Source: an uncultured Pseudomonadales bacterium (GTDB taxonomy: Bacteria > Patescibacteriota > Microgenomatia > UBA1400 > CAYXSR01). Taken from it: a stretch of 64,000 bases of DNA. The notes under the pieces were generated by a model. The model had not been told where the DNA came from. It did no database searches and worked only from the letters and a program-made list of their open reading frames with translations. Where the stretch lies: positions 45,872 to 109,871 of the forward strand of contig CAYSEI010000004.1 of assembly GCA_964430265.1 (NCBI GenBank), in the 5' to 3' direction. The position numbers were made by a program, and so were the translations under genes. Shown piece by piece: positions 17,635 to 27,992 of this stretch (positions are counted from its first letter, which is position 1; each line of letters starts with the position of its first letter).

Positions 17635-20005
17635 ATATAAAAAAGCTTTAAGCAGAATTCTTCCCTTTTTAATTATTATTCTATATGTGGTTATAGTATT
17701 TCAAAAGTATATTTTTAAAGGGCAATTACCGATTTCTGTTAATCTGTTAATGGCTTTTTATTTCCCTTTTTTCCTAGGCGGATTTAAAGAATACTCACCC
17801 TGGGTCAGGTATAAGGGTTTTTTAAATTCGGATGTAGTGAGACAAGGCCTCCCTTGGAAAATACTAGCTTTTGAACAAATTAAAAATTTAAAGCTTCCAG
17901 TTTGGAACCCCTATACTTTTTGCGGTAATCCTTTAATGGCTAATATACAGTCAGCAGTATTTTATCCGCTTAATTTTATATTTTTAATATTTTCAATGCC
18001 GGTTGCCTGGAGTTTGTTAGAGATAATAGGTTTGTTTTTAATGCTTTTGTTTATGTACCTCTTTTTAAGAGAATTAAAAATTTCCAAAACTTCAGCTTTG
18101 TGGGGTGCAATTGTATTTGCCAGTACCCAGTTTCTTATTGTTTGGCTGCAGTTGAATATTGTTATTCATACTTTGTTATGGCTGCCTCTTGCTTTATTTG
18201 CTTTTGAGCGTTTTAAAAAAAATTCAAAAAAACGGTTTCTTTTCTTATTTGCTTTATGCTTTTTTATGTCGATTTTGGGCGGACATCCGCTGTCTTTTAT
18301 TTATGTTTCATTAATTAGTCTTTCTTATATTCTTTTTACGTCTAATAAAAGAAATTTTTTGACTTTTTTGTTTTTAGTATTTGTTGTTGTGTTATTAGCT
18401 AGTTTTCAACTTCTTCCAAGTATAAAAATATATCAGCATGCAGTAACCGGTGGAGAGTTTGGCAAAGAGGTTTTTAAGATTTTAACCATTCCTTGGAAAA
18501 ATCTGCCAACATTTTTAGCTCCTGACTATTTTGGAAATAATGCTACATGGAATAAGCGGGGGCATGGAGGTACAGGAGACATGACACCGTTTATGGGGGT
18601 AATTACCTTGGCCTTAGCACCTTTGGCTTTTTTCAAAAAAAATAAGAAAAAAGTCTGGTATTTTACAGCTATTTCTTTATTTGGTTTTCTGCTTGCTTTT
18701 GATAGTCCGTTAAATTGGATAATTAGGGAGGCAAGGATTCCTATGCTTTCAAGTACTGCTCCTGCTAGAGCGTTAATTGCGACGTACTTTGGTTTTGCAG
18801 TTCTTTCAAGCTATGGTCTGGATTTAATTTTGAAAAAGAAAATACCACTTAAAAAAGTCTTGATATCTATAGGAATCTTGACATTAACGTTTGGATTACT
18901 TTTTCTTTTAACTGTTAATAAGGCTTTTTTTATTGAGAATCCGGATGTAAAAAGCAAGTTTTATATTAGTTTCAGAAATATGATTTTGCCTGGAGGAACA
19001 TTATTTGCATCTTTTCTGTTTATACTGGCTTATTACAAATGGAAGAAAAAGTTTCTGGTTTATTTATTAATTCTTTTTAATAGCTTGTTTTTCCTTTATA
19101 ACTTTGACAAGATTCTAACTTTTGGTTCCAAAAAGTTTTTTTATCCCCAACATAAGCTGATTACTTTTTTACAAAAACAAAATAATTGGCGTTTTCATGG
19201 TTCTGATGCTGGAAAAATTGATACAAATTTTCAAATTCCATATAAAATATACACTCCTGTCGGATATAATGTTTTGCGTATTAAATATTATGCGCAGTTA
19301 GCAGATGCAGCCTTTAATACTGAACTTGAATATTCAGATGCTTTTTCTCGCGCCGATGCTTTTTTCCCTTCACAAAACGATCCCAATCGCGATAAATTCT
19401 TTAATCTTACAGGAGTTAAATACATAACTAACAAACTGGAAAACCCCAAACCGGATAACACATGGGAACAAGATGTTGCAAAATTTCCCGAAGATAAATA
19501 CAAGCTTGTATGGCAGGAAGAGCATTTCCAAGTATATGAACGTAGAAATGTGTATCCCCGTAGTTTTATTGCAACGCAGTCAGCATTAATCAATAATCCG
19601 CAAAAAGCAATTGAAAAATTTTATGATCCTGATTTTGATGTGCGCAATACTTTAATTTTATCTGACATTGCGGAAAAACCGCATTTAAATGCAAAAGAAG
19701 GTAAAGCAGAAATTATTGATTACCAGCCTAATAAGGTAACTATTAAAATCCAAACAGACGGAAAAGCCTTGCTTTTCTTGTCAGATGCCTATTATCCTAA
19801 CTGGCAGGCAAGAGTTGATGATAAAAAAGTTGAAGTTATACGCACCCACCATGCTTTCCGTAGTGTTGTAGTTCCAAAAGGTGAACACACAGTGGAATTT
19901 TTTTATTATCCTAAAGAGTTTTATTATGGAGTTGGAGTTAGTTTTTCTGTTTTACTAAGCTTAGGTATATATTTTGTTATTAGCTGGAAAAAAGGCCAAT
20001 GGTAA
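17621..20005 (+). CDS. YfhO-like large membrane glycosyltransferase (GT-C)
   Basis: ATG 17621 (track start TTG 17615). 795 aa, N-terminal polytopic region with WNPYTFCGNPLMAN and FYPLNFIF. C-terminal module YYPNWQARVDDKKVEVIRTHHAFRSVVVPKGEHTVEFFYYP is typical of the YfhO family. Confidence 0.55.
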   Translation: MRINKYKKALSRILPFLIIILYVVIVFQKYIFKGQLPISVNLLMAFYFPFFLGGFKEYSPWVRYKGFLNSDVVRQGLPWKILAFEQIKNLKLPVWNPYTFCGNPLMANIQSAVFYPLNFIFLIFSMPVAWSLLEIIGLFLMLLFMYLFLRELKISKTSALWGAIVFASTQFLIVWLQLNIVIHTLLWLPLALFAFERFKKNSKKRFLFLFALCFFMSILGGHPLSFIYVSLISLSYILFTSNKRNFLTFLFLVFVVVLLASFQLLPSIKIYQHAVTGGEFGKEVFKILTIPWKNLPTFLAPDYFGNNATWNKRGHGGTGDMTPFMGVITLALAPLAFFKKNKKKVWYFTAISLFGFLLAFDSPLNWIIREARIPMLSSTAPARALIATYFGFAVLSSYGLDLILKKKIPLKKVLISIGILTLTFGLLFLLTVNKAFFIENPDVKSKFYISFRNMILPGGTLFASFLFILAYYKWKKKFLVYLLILFNSLFFLYNFDKILTFGSKKFFYPQHKLITFLQKQNNWRFHGSDAGKIDTNFQIPYKIYTPVGYNVLRIKYYAQLADAAFNTELEYSDAFSRADAFFPSQNDPNRDKFFNLTGVKYITNKLENPKPDNTWEQDVAKFPEDKYKLVWQEEHFQVYERRNVYPRSFIATQSALINNPQKAIEKFYDPDFDVRNTLILSDIAEKPHLNAKEGKAEIIDYQPNKVTIKIQTDGKALLFLSDAYYPNWQARVDDKKVEVIRTHHAFRSVVVPKGEHTVEFFYYPKEFYYGVGVSFSVLLSLGIYFVISWKKGQW

Positions 20006-21648
20006 GGGGAAAAATAAAAGATATAATTGCTTTTTTACTTATTTCTTCAGTTAGTTTACTAATCTTATTGCCCCTTTTTAAAAAAGGATTTTTAATAACT
20101 GATGACGGTGATCTACTTTTGATAAGGCTGGGTGGAGTTATTCGTGCAATCAGGAATTTACATTTTCCTGTCAGAATGCTTGATCTATACCATGGCTATG
20201 GTTATCCAGTAATGAATTTTTTATATCCACTGCCCTTTTATTTTGCTTCATTAATATATTTTTTTCTGCCTATAGGTTTGATTGCTACATTTAAGCTGTC
20301 AATTTATTTGTTTAGTGTTTTAGCAGGTATAGGCGCTTATTTGCTAGTCAACCAGGTTTCAAAGAATAGAATGTTGGCTTTTCTAGCTTCTGTTTTGTAT
20401 TTATCCGCTCCCTACCGGTTAATAGCAATTTTTTATCGGGGTTCAATAGGAGAAGTTTTAGCACATTCTTTACTGCCATTTCTTTTTTACTGGATTTATT
20501 TATACAAAGAAGAAAATAAAAACATTTATTTAATAATTTTTAGTTTTTTTGTTTTCTTATTAATTATTTCACATAACGTTATTGCTCTGTTAAGTTTGCT
20601 ATTTTTAGTCTTTTATAATTTTTTTGTTTTAAAAAACAAAAAAGTATGGAAGTATTTAATTCTAGGAATTTTATTAAGTGCATTTTTTTCTGTTCCCGCA
20701 CTAGTGGAAAGAAAGTATACACATGCAGTAAATATTAGTTTATCAGACGCCGGCAGCAGGCTGATTTTATTAAAAGATCTATTTCTTAATACATTTAGCT
20801 TAAAAAAATATTTACCCAATATTGAAAAAGTATTTTATTTAAATATTTCATATCTGTTTATTTTAGTTTTTTCATTGACTGCTTTGTTTTTAATAAAAAG
20901 AAAAAAAAAGAAACAAACAAAAAATATTATTTTTATTTCAGCTTTAATTTTTTTAATTATCTTTTATGTTTCTACTTTTTCCCAATCATTCTGGAGACTG
21001 GCTAAGCCATTGGTTCCATATATTCAGTTTCCTTGGAGGCTTTTAAGTTTATTGGGATTACTGTTTATTCTTTTAATGAGTCATGTATATAAATTTTATA
21101 TGAATAATAAAATAAACAATGATAAAAAAAAGATTATATTCTGGATTTCAATCATATTTTTGTTTTTAAGTTCTGTTTTTTCTATTTACAAAAGCTGGCA
21201 AATGCTTAGGTACAAACAGGTTGATGATGCATATTATTTAACCAACCAGTCAAGTAGTACTACCCAAAATGAATACACGCCGATATGGGTAAAAGAATTT
21301 CCTAAAGAAATGCCTCAGAATTTGATTGAAACAAGTCCAGAAGCAAAAATTAATATTTTAAAAAGAAAAACTCAAAAAATTGTTTTCAGGATTGATGCAA
21401 AAGAAAAAACCTTAATTGCAATCAACAAACATTATTTTCCGGGTTGGACATTATATGTTGAGAATGAAAAAAAAGAATTTAACAAAAAGAATGCTCAAGG
21501 TATAATTAATTTTCAGTTAAACAAAGGGAAGCATCAAGTTGAATTAATTTTTAAAGAAACCAAATTAAGACTTTTTGCTGATTTGATTTCAATTATTGTC
21601 TTTGTTTATTTGTTAAAATTAGGTTGGCAAAAAAATGAAAATTCTTAA
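19999..21648 (+). CDS. YfhO-related membrane protein, short form
   Basis: HFPVRMLDLYHGYGYPVMNFLYPLPFYF N-terminal loop and C-terminal FPGWTLYVENEKKEF...KGKHQVELIF module, homologous to the YfhO-like C-terminus. Paralog of ORF 21635. Confidence 0.45.
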   Translation: MVRGKIKDIIAFLLISSVSLLILLPLFKKGFLITDDGDLLLIRLGGVIRAIRNLHFPVRMLDLYHGYGYPVMNFLYPLPFYFASLIYFFLPIGLIATFKLSIYLFSVLAGIGAYLLVNQVSKNRMLAFLASVLYLSAPYRLIAIFYRGSIGEVLAHSLLPFLFYWIYLYKEENKNIYLIIFSFFVFLLIISHNVIALLSLLFLVFYNFFVLKNKKVWKYLILGILLSAFFSVPALVERKYTHAVNISLSDAGSRLILLKDLFLNTFSLKKYLPNIEKVFYLNISYLFILVFSLTALFLIKRKKKKQTKNIIFISALIFLIIFYVSTFSQSFWRLAKPLVPYIQFPWRLLSLLGLLFILLMSHVYKFYMNNKINNDKKKIIFWISIIFLFLSSVFSIYKSWQMLRYKQVDDAYYLTNQSSSTTQNEYTPIWVKEFPKEMPQNLIETSPEAKINILKRKTQKIVFRIDAKEKTLIAINKHYFPGWTLYVENEKKEFNKKNAQGIINFQLNKGKHQVELIFKETKLRLFADLISIIVFVYLLKLGWQKNENS

Positions 21649-23347
21649 TTTTTTTAAAAAACACTATTACTTATTTTTCTTGTTGTTGCTTGCAATATTA
21701 GCTGGCCGGCCCCTTTTTCAAGCTGGTTATTTTTCTTATCATGATTATCAGCATCTTGCCAGGTTTGCGGAGTTGGATAAAGCAATTAAATCCGGTCATT
21801 TTCCAGTTCGCTGGAGTGAAAATTTAGGGTTTGGTTACGGTTATCCGATTTTTGTCTTTTATCCGCCTTTAATTTATTATTTGGCAGAAATTTTTCATTT
21901 AATAGGGTTTTCATTTATTGTTTCTTTTAAAATGATGCTCTTTTTAGGCTTTTTGCTGTCTGCTTATTTTATGTATTTATTGGTCAAAGAATTATTAGGA
22001 AAGCATGCAGGTTTTTTGTCTAGTGCATTGTATCTTTTTGTTCCCTATAGGGCAGTAACTATCTATGTCAGGGGAGCAATGGCGGGATTTTTTTCTTTTG
22101 TTTGGATTCCGGCTGTTTTTTGGTCCCTCATAAAGTTTGACAAAACCAAAAAAAGAAAATTCCTTTTTTTGTCTGCTTTATTTACCAGCCTAGTTATTAT
22201 TACTCATAGTTTAATTGCTCTACCTTTTGCTTTTTTTCTTGCTTGTTTTGTTTTTTACTTATTTTTTAAAAGTGAGTTTAAGAATATAAAAGAGTATTTG
22301 ATTTATGGACTGCTGACTTTAGGAATGAGCTGTTTTTTCTGGCTGCCTTCTCTGGCATTAAAAGAATACACTTTAGTGGACAGGATTCTTACAACTGAAT
22401 TAGCAAATTATAAAATCCATTTTGTATACCCTCAGCAGTTGTGGGATTCACTATGGGCTTTTGGTGGTTCAGTAGAAGGCTTATTGGATGGAATGTCTTT
22501 TAAGATTGGAAAGTTACATATTATTTTTGCAGGGCTTTCCATAATCTTATTAGTATTTGCCAATAAAACTAAAAAGAAAATAAAAAAATATATGTATATA
22601 TTTTCAATCTTTTTAATTGTATCGATATATTTAACTTTGAAAATCAGCAAACCTGTTTGGGATATATTCAAACCTTTATGGTATCTGCAGTTTCCCTGGC
22701 GTTTTTTACTTTTTATCAGCCTTTTTATTTCAATACTATCAGGCTTCTGGCTGACTTTTATTAAGAAAAAAAAGATAAGAATTTTATTTTTAATCTTAGT
22801 TATTACTTTGCTTTTGCAGTATAATTTAAAACTTTTTTGGCCCCAGTTTATCTTTCCTGAAAAAAAAGATGCAGACTATATAAACCAAGAACGGATTAAA
22901 TGGGAAGTAAGTAAGTCTTCTTTTGAATACCTTCCCAAAGGAGTAGAACTAAAAATAGGGGAAAACAATACTTCTACAGTAGCAATTTCAAAAGATGAAG
23001 TGGCAAAAGGAATAGGGAATATTGTATCAGGTAAAGGAAGTGTTAAAATAGTAATGGATAAGCCACATAATAATTTACTGGAAGTCAAAGCAGAGGAACC
23101 GCTTGTTTATCGTTTTAACACCACTAATTTTATCGGCTGGAAAGCATATTTAAACGGAAAGCGGATTTCTATTCAGGATGATAATAAGTTAAAATTAATA
23201 ACTGTTAGTGTTCCAAAAGGCGAATACAGGCTTAAACTGGTTTTCAAAAATAGGATTATACAGATGTCTAATTACATATCATTATTAAGTTATTTGATTT
23301 GGGGTTATCTTTTTTATGGACTCCTCCGAAACAAGAGAATACACTAA
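21635..23347 (+). CDS. YfhO-related membrane protein, short form (paralog of 19999)
   Basis: HFPVRWSENLGFGYGYPIFVFYPPLIYY and C-terminal FIGWKAYLNGKRISIQDDNKLKLITVSVPKGEYRLKLVF. Confidence 0.45.
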   Translation: MKILNFFKKHYYLFFLLLLAILAGRPLFQAGYFSYHDYQHLARFAELDKAIKSGHFPVRWSENLGFGYGYPIFVFYPPLIYYLAEIFHLIGFSFIVSFKMMLFLGFLLSAYFMYLLVKELLGKHAGFLSSALYLFVPYRAVTIYVRGAMAGFFSFVWIPAVFWSLIKFDKTKKRKFLFLSALFTSLVIITHSLIALPFAFFLACFVFYLFFKSEFKNIKEYLIYGLLTLGMSCFFWLPSLALKEYTLVDRILTTELANYKIHFVYPQQLWDSLWAFGGSVEGLLDGMSFKIGKLHIIFAGLSIILLVFANKTKKKIKKYMYIFSIFLIVSIYLTLKISKPVWDIFKPLWYLQFPWRFLLFISLFISILSGFWLTFIKKKKIRILFLILVITLLLQYNLKLFWPQFIFPEKKDADYINQERIKWEVSKSSFEYLPKGVELKIGENNTSTVAISKDEVAKGIGNIVSGKGSVKIVMDKPHNNLLEVKAEEPLVYRFNTTNFIGWKAYLNGKRISIQDDNKLKLITVSVPKGEYRLKLVFKNRIIQMSNYISLLSYLIWGYLFYGLLRNKRIH

Positions 23348-24764
23348 AAATACTGTCAAAGGAATTACTGCTTTAGCTGGAAGAACCTTGTTTTCGCAAG
23401 TAGTGGCGGTCCTTGCTACTTTTGGTCTGACTATATTTCTTTCTCCGGCTGAATACGGTGTGTTTTTTGCAGTATCCGCTTTAATTAACTTTTTAGTTTA
23501 TTTTTCCGATATTGGCCTGGCAGCTGCCTTGGTGCAGAAAAAAAAGATAACTGATAAGGAAATTTCAACAACCTTTGTTATACAGCAAATTCTGGTTGTA
23601 TTACTTAGCGCGGTTTCTTTGCTTTTAACCTCAAGAATTGCCCAGTTTTATAACCTTGGGGAGGCAGGGAAATATCTAATTATGGCTTTAATTGCCAGTT
23701 TTTTCCTTTCTTCTTTAAAAACAATTCCCACGATACTCTTGGAGAGGGAACTTAAATTTCACAGGCTGGTAATACCCCAAATTTTGGAGCAGGTGGTTTT
23801 TTATTCAGTGGCAGTATTTCTTGCTTGGAAGGGAAAGGGCATTAGTTCTTTTACTTATGCTGTTTTATTAAGAGGGATTATTGGAGTAGTTTCAATCTAT
23901 ATTATTAAACCGTATATTCCTAGACTACATATACAAAAAAGTGTAGCTAAAAACTTAATTGGAACTGGTGCATTTTTTCAAGCCAACTCAATACTTGCGC
24001 TTCTAAAAGATGACTTAATGGTGCTTTTTCTGGGTAAAATTTTGCCTATGACTCAAGTAGGATATATTGGATGGGGGCAGAAGTGGGCCTTTTTCCCGTT
24101 AAAATTTGTACTTAACAATGTGAATAAAGTTTCTTTTCCCGCTTATTCCCGCGTACAAAATACAAAAGAATTGCTTAAAAAAGCATTGGAAAAAACTATT
24201 TACTGGATGTCAGTTTTAATATTTCCAATGATGACGGGTATGATTCTTAGTGTGCCTTTGTTTATTGAATTTTTCCCCCAATACAGTAAATGGCAGCCGG
24301 CAGTGATTATACTTGTATTTTATTGTTTGAACGGTATTTTTGGATCCTTGTCCAATATATTTACTAACATGCTTAATGCAACGGGAAGAATTAAAACTAC
24401 TTTAAAGATTATGGTTGGAATGACGATTTTAAACTGGGTATTAACCTTAACAGGCATTGAAGTTTTTGGCTATACGGGTGTAGCGGTTGCTTCCTGGCTG
24501 GTGGCTGTTTTTGGCATGGTTGCAGGTATTCATGTTAAAAAGTTTTTGGAATTCAGTTTTTGGAAGCATATTTTTCCTGCCATTGTAAGCACCTTACTGA
24601 TGATTCTGGTTTTTCTGGGATTAAAACATATTTTAATCAGCAATTTAATAACTCTTTTTATGGGAATTGCTCTAAGTGCAATTGTATACATATTAAGTCT
24701 GATTATCTTTTTTAAAAAAATGTTTTTAAAAGAATTGGATTTTGTGATTAAACAATGGAGATAA
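23316..24764 (+). CDS. Wzx-type polysaccharide/oligosaccharide flippase (MOP superfamily, PST family)
   Basis: 482 aa with about 12 to 14 predicted TM segments. N-terminus ITALAGRTLFSQVVAVLATFGLTIFLSPAEYGVFFAVSALINFL is typical of Wzx/RfbX. Confidence 0.65.
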   Translation: MDSSETREYTKNTVKGITALAGRTLFSQVVAVLATFGLTIFLSPAEYGVFFAVSALINFLVYFSDIGLAAALVQKKKITDKEISTTFVIQQILVVLLSAVSLLLTSRIAQFYNLGEAGKYLIMALIASFFLSSLKTIPTILLERELKFHRLVIPQILEQVVFYSVAVFLAWKGKGISSFTYAVLLRGIIGVVSIYIIKPYIPRLHIQKSVAKNLIGTGAFFQANSILALLKDDLMVLFLGKILPMTQVGYIGWGQKWAFFPLKFVLNNVNKVSFPAYSRVQNTKELLKKALEKTIYWMSVLIFPMMTGMILSVPLFIEFFPQYSKWQPAVIILVFYCLNGIFGSLSNIFTNMLNATGRIKTTLKIMVGMTILNWVLTLTGIEVFGYTGVAVASWLVAVFGMVAGIHVKKFLEFSFWKHIFPAIVSTLLMILVFLGLKHILISNLITLFMGIALSAIVYILSLIIFFKKMFLKELDFVIKQWR

Positions 24765-27163
24765 AAAAACACTGGATTATTTTTTTAATCTTAATAGTTA
24801 TAGTCCTAGTGGTTTTTCGCCAAGTTTTTTTAAATAACAGGATTCCTTTTTCTTCAAATCTATTAGTCTCTCTTTTTCAGCCTTGGTTTTCCCAGTACGG
24901 TAGTACTGTTCCTAATAAGGCAATCGGCTGGGATAACCTAAGAATTTTTTATCCTCAGAGAGTATTTGCGCAAAATTTATTAAGCAATTTTAAAATTCCT
25001 TTTTGGAATCCTTATAATTTTTCCGGAAATGTGCATTTGGGCAATTCACAGACAGCAACTTTTTATCCGCTTAATATTCTATATTTCATTTTTTCTTCAA
25101 TTAACACCTGGACAATATTGGTTATTTTAGGCTTTTTAATGACAGGATATTTTACCTATTTATTTGTGAATAGTTTATTGGACAACAAAAAAGCTGCTTT
25201 ATTATCTACTTTTGCTTTTATGTTTTCCGGCCCTTTAATGGTAAGGGTGGAGGATGGTTTGGTAATAATGCATTCTATTTTATGGCTGCCCTTGGTTTTA
25301 TATGGCATTGAAATGTTTTTCAAATTAAAAAAGAAAAAATACTTGTTCTTAGCATATCTGGGTATTTTTTCTTCTATTACTTCCGGATGGTTTCAGTTTA
25401 CCTTTTATTTACTTGCCTTGTCCTTTGTCTATTCTTTTTATAAATTATTAAAGACTAAATGGATAAAAAATAATATTAAAAGTCTGCTTATCTTCAAACT
25501 TTTCTGGATTTTTACTTTGGGGAGTACAGCTTTTCATTTTCTTCCTTCAGTTCAAGCCCTTTTTCTATCTCCAAGGGGTGGAGGAGCGCCTCAGCATTTT
25601 ATTGACCAGTTTTTATTGGGTAGAGAAGGATGGTTTACTTTAATTGCACCTGATTTTTTTGGCAACCCGACAACTTATAATTATTTTGGCAGTTCTTTTT
25701 ATAAGGAAAGAGTATTGTTTATCAGTATAGTTCCTCTATTTTTTGCCTTATTTCAAATGTTTGACAATTTTTTCAAAAATAAAAGGCTGAGCCTTTGGGC
25801 ATATATAAGTATTTTTTGCTTTTTGCTTGGATTTAGAAATCCTTTAAGCATTGTTTTACTTAAATCGGAAATACCAGTAATCTCCAGCTTTGTTCCCAGT
25901 CGTATTTTTATTGTCAGTAGTTTTAGTTTAAGTGTATTAGCTGGTTATGGACTAAAAAACTTTTTAAACTGGCTTAAAAATGCTAAAAAAGCCTCCTGGC
26001 TGTCTTTAAGCTTGACTTCAGCACTCTTTATTTTCTTTTTTCTCAGTATTTTAGCTGTTTTTTATCCGCAAGTACCTTTGAATGTTTATGATGAATTAAG
26101 AAGCGTTGGGGAAAATAACCTGAATACTGCTTTAAGAAATACAATTCTGCCATTTGCCAGCTTTTTGACTGCTTTGGGCCTGATAGGAATTGGCTTGTCC
26201 TTTAAAAAGAAAGTGACTAAATTTATCTGGCTGTCTATTACATTAATTCCTTTACTTTTCGGCATATATTATGCAGACAAATATTTATACTTTTCTGAAA
26301 GAAAATTTGTTTTCCCTCAGCATCCGGTTTGGGAGCAGCTGCAAAAATACAAAAATGATCATTACCGTTTCTGGTCATACGGAAAAGGCCATGTAGAATC
26401 TAATTTTTCCACTTATTATCAGGTCTATTCTCCTGAAGGGGTGGATGCTATGTATCCGCGCTGGTATGCACAGCTTTTTAGCGGCTGTAAGACTGAAGGA
26501 AAATTTACCGAGGAGGTAATGCGTATTGAAGCGGAAGTCTGCGGTGCAGATTCTTTTTATGAATCTGAAAACCATTATCAGCAAAGGCTTTTAGATCTTT
26601 TAAGCGTTAAATATATTACAAAGCTGACAAACAAGAAAGTTTTAGAAAATGCAAGTTTACTTTGGGAAAACGATAAATGGCAGATTTGGGAAAGACAAAA
26701 TATCCAGCCTCGTGCCTATCTGGTTTCTGACTATGTTTTAGCTGCAAATGAAAAAGACTCATTGGAAAAAACGTATTCTCAAAAACTTGATTTAAATAAA
26801 CAAATTGTTTTGCAAAAAGATCCGCAAATAGAAAAAAATGGTCAAAGCATTAAAAAAGCAGAAATAATTGAGTACAAGCCGAATAAAGTGAAAATTAAAT
26901 CTCAAGCAGAAAAAGAAGCTCTTTTATATTTATCAGACACGTATTATCCGGAATGGGAAGCCTTTGTGGACAATAAAAAAACAGAAGTTTTAAAAGCAAA
27001 CCATGCTTTCCGCGCCATAGTTGTGCCTGAGGGAAATCACGAAGTAGTTTTCAAATATACGGGAAAAGCATTTAAAAAAGGACTTGTTATTAGTTTTGTT
27101 AGTATAATAGGATTGACAATTCTGTTTATAAAAAAGGATTTTACAAATGAAAAAAAAGATTAA
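24755..27163 (+). CDS. YfhO-like large membrane glycosyltransferase (GT-C)
   Basis: 802 aa. N-terminal WNPYNFSGNVHLGNSQTATFYPLNILYFIF. C-terminal YYPEWEAFVDNKKTEVLKANHAFRAIVVPEGNHEVVFKY. Confidence 0.55.
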   Translation: MEIKKHWIIFLILIVIVLVVFRQVFLNNRIPFSSNLLVSLFQPWFSQYGSTVPNKAIGWDNLRIFYPQRVFAQNLLSNFKIPFWNPYNFSGNVHLGNSQTATFYPLNILYFIFSSINTWTILVILGFLMTGYFTYLFVNSLLDNKKAALLSTFAFMFSGPLMVRVEDGLVIMHSILWLPLVLYGIEMFFKLKKKKYLFLAYLGIFSSITSGWFQFTFYLLALSFVYSFYKLLKTKWIKNNIKSLLIFKLFWIFTLGSTAFHFLPSVQALFLSPRGGGAPQHFIDQFLLGREGWFTLIAPDFFGNPTTYNYFGSSFYKERVLFISIVPLFFALFQMFDNFFKNKRLSLWAYISIFCFLLGFRNPLSIVLLKSEIPVISSFVPSRIFIVSSFSLSVLAGYGLKNFLNWLKNAKKASWLSLSLTSALFIFFFLSILAVFYPQVPLNVYDELRSVGENNLNTALRNTILPFASFLTALGLIGIGLSFKKKVTKFIWLSITLIPLLFGIYYADKYLYFSERKFVFPQHPVWEQLQKYKNDHYRFWSYGKGHVESNFSTYYQVYSPEGVDAMYPRWYAQLFSGCKTEGKFTEEVMRIEAEVCGADSFYESENHYQQRLLDLLSVKYITKLTNKKVLENASLLWENDKWQIWERQNIQPRAYLVSDYVLAANEKDSLEKTYSQKLDLNKQIVLQKDPQIEKNGQSIKKAEIIEYKPNKVKIKSQAEKEALLYLSDTYYPEWEAFVDNKKTEVLKANHAFRAIVVPEGNHEVVFKYTGKAFKKGLVISFVSIIGLTILFIKKDFTNEKKD

Positions 27164-27992
27164 ACTATTTTCAATTGTTTTAAACTACAGCCGGCCTAAA
27201 GAGACTATCAATGCGGTAAAATCTCTACAAAAACAGGAAGGTGAATTTAAGCAACAGATTGTGGTTGTAGACAATTCAGAAAAGGGAAATATCAGTTTAA
27301 AAGAGTTTGAGGATCAGGAAGATATCCATTTGATCAAAATAGAAAAAAACCTTGGTTACAGCAAGGGAAATAATAGGGGAATAGAGTATGCCTTGGAAAA
27401 AGAAGCAGACTATGTTCTTCTTTTAAATGATGATGCATACTTAAGCAAGGATTGTATAGATAAAATGCTTAAAATAATGGAGAAAAGCAAAAATACAGGA
27501 ATTGCTTCTCCCAAAATATTTTTTGCTCCGGGATATGAGTATCACAAGAAGAAATATGAAAAAGACGATAAAGGCAAAGTTATTTGGTATGCCGGCGGAG
27601 TAATTGATTGGGATAATATACTGGCATCACACCAAGGTGTAGATAAGATTAATAAAAGCAACTTTGACAAGATAGAAAAAACTGATTTTGCTTCAGGATG
27701 CGTAATGCTGATAAAAGCGGAAGTTTTTAATAAAATCGGACTACTGGATCCCAAGTACTTTATGTACTGGGAGGACGTTGATTTTTGCCAGCGTGCAAAA
27801 CAAGCGGGCTACAAAGTTATATATATTGGTAAAGCAGAGGCTTGGCACAAGAACTTGGGAACAGTCAAAGGAGAAGAAAATGAGTTAAAAGAAAAATATA
27901 TGGCTTGGTCACGTCTATTGTTTGCTTTTAAATACGCACCTCTTAAAACAAAACTTCTTTTAATGAAAAAGTTTCTATCTACCTGGGTTTAA
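27147..27992 (+). CDS. GT2 family glycosyltransferase
   Basis: FSIVLNYSRPKETINAVKSL...VVVDNSEKG...LLNDDAY (GT-A fold DxD). 281 aa and soluble. Confidence 0.7.
   Translation: MKKKIKLFSIVLNYSRPKETINAVKSLQKQEGEFKQQIVVVDNSEKGNISLKEFEDQEDIHLIKIEKNLGYSKGNNRGIEYALEKEADYVLLLNDDAYLSKDCIDKMLKIMEKSKNTGIASPKIFFAPGYEYHKKKYEKDDKGKVIWYAGGVIDWDNILASHQGVDKINKSNFDKIEKTDFASGCVMLIKAEVFNKIGLLDPKYFMYWEDVDFCQRAKQAGYKVIYIGKAEAWHKNLGTVKGEENELKEKYMAWSRLLFAFKYAPLKTKLLLMKKFLSTWV

Noticed and set aside
20901-20909. Homopolymeric A9/T8-T9 tracts inside CDSs (20901-20909, 58143-58151, 58213-58220) as possible phase-variation slip sites
   Set aside because: They encode Lys-runs in an AT-rich genome, where such tracts are common. 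There is no evidence of frame disruption or of an alternative reading frame continuing after a +/-1 shift.
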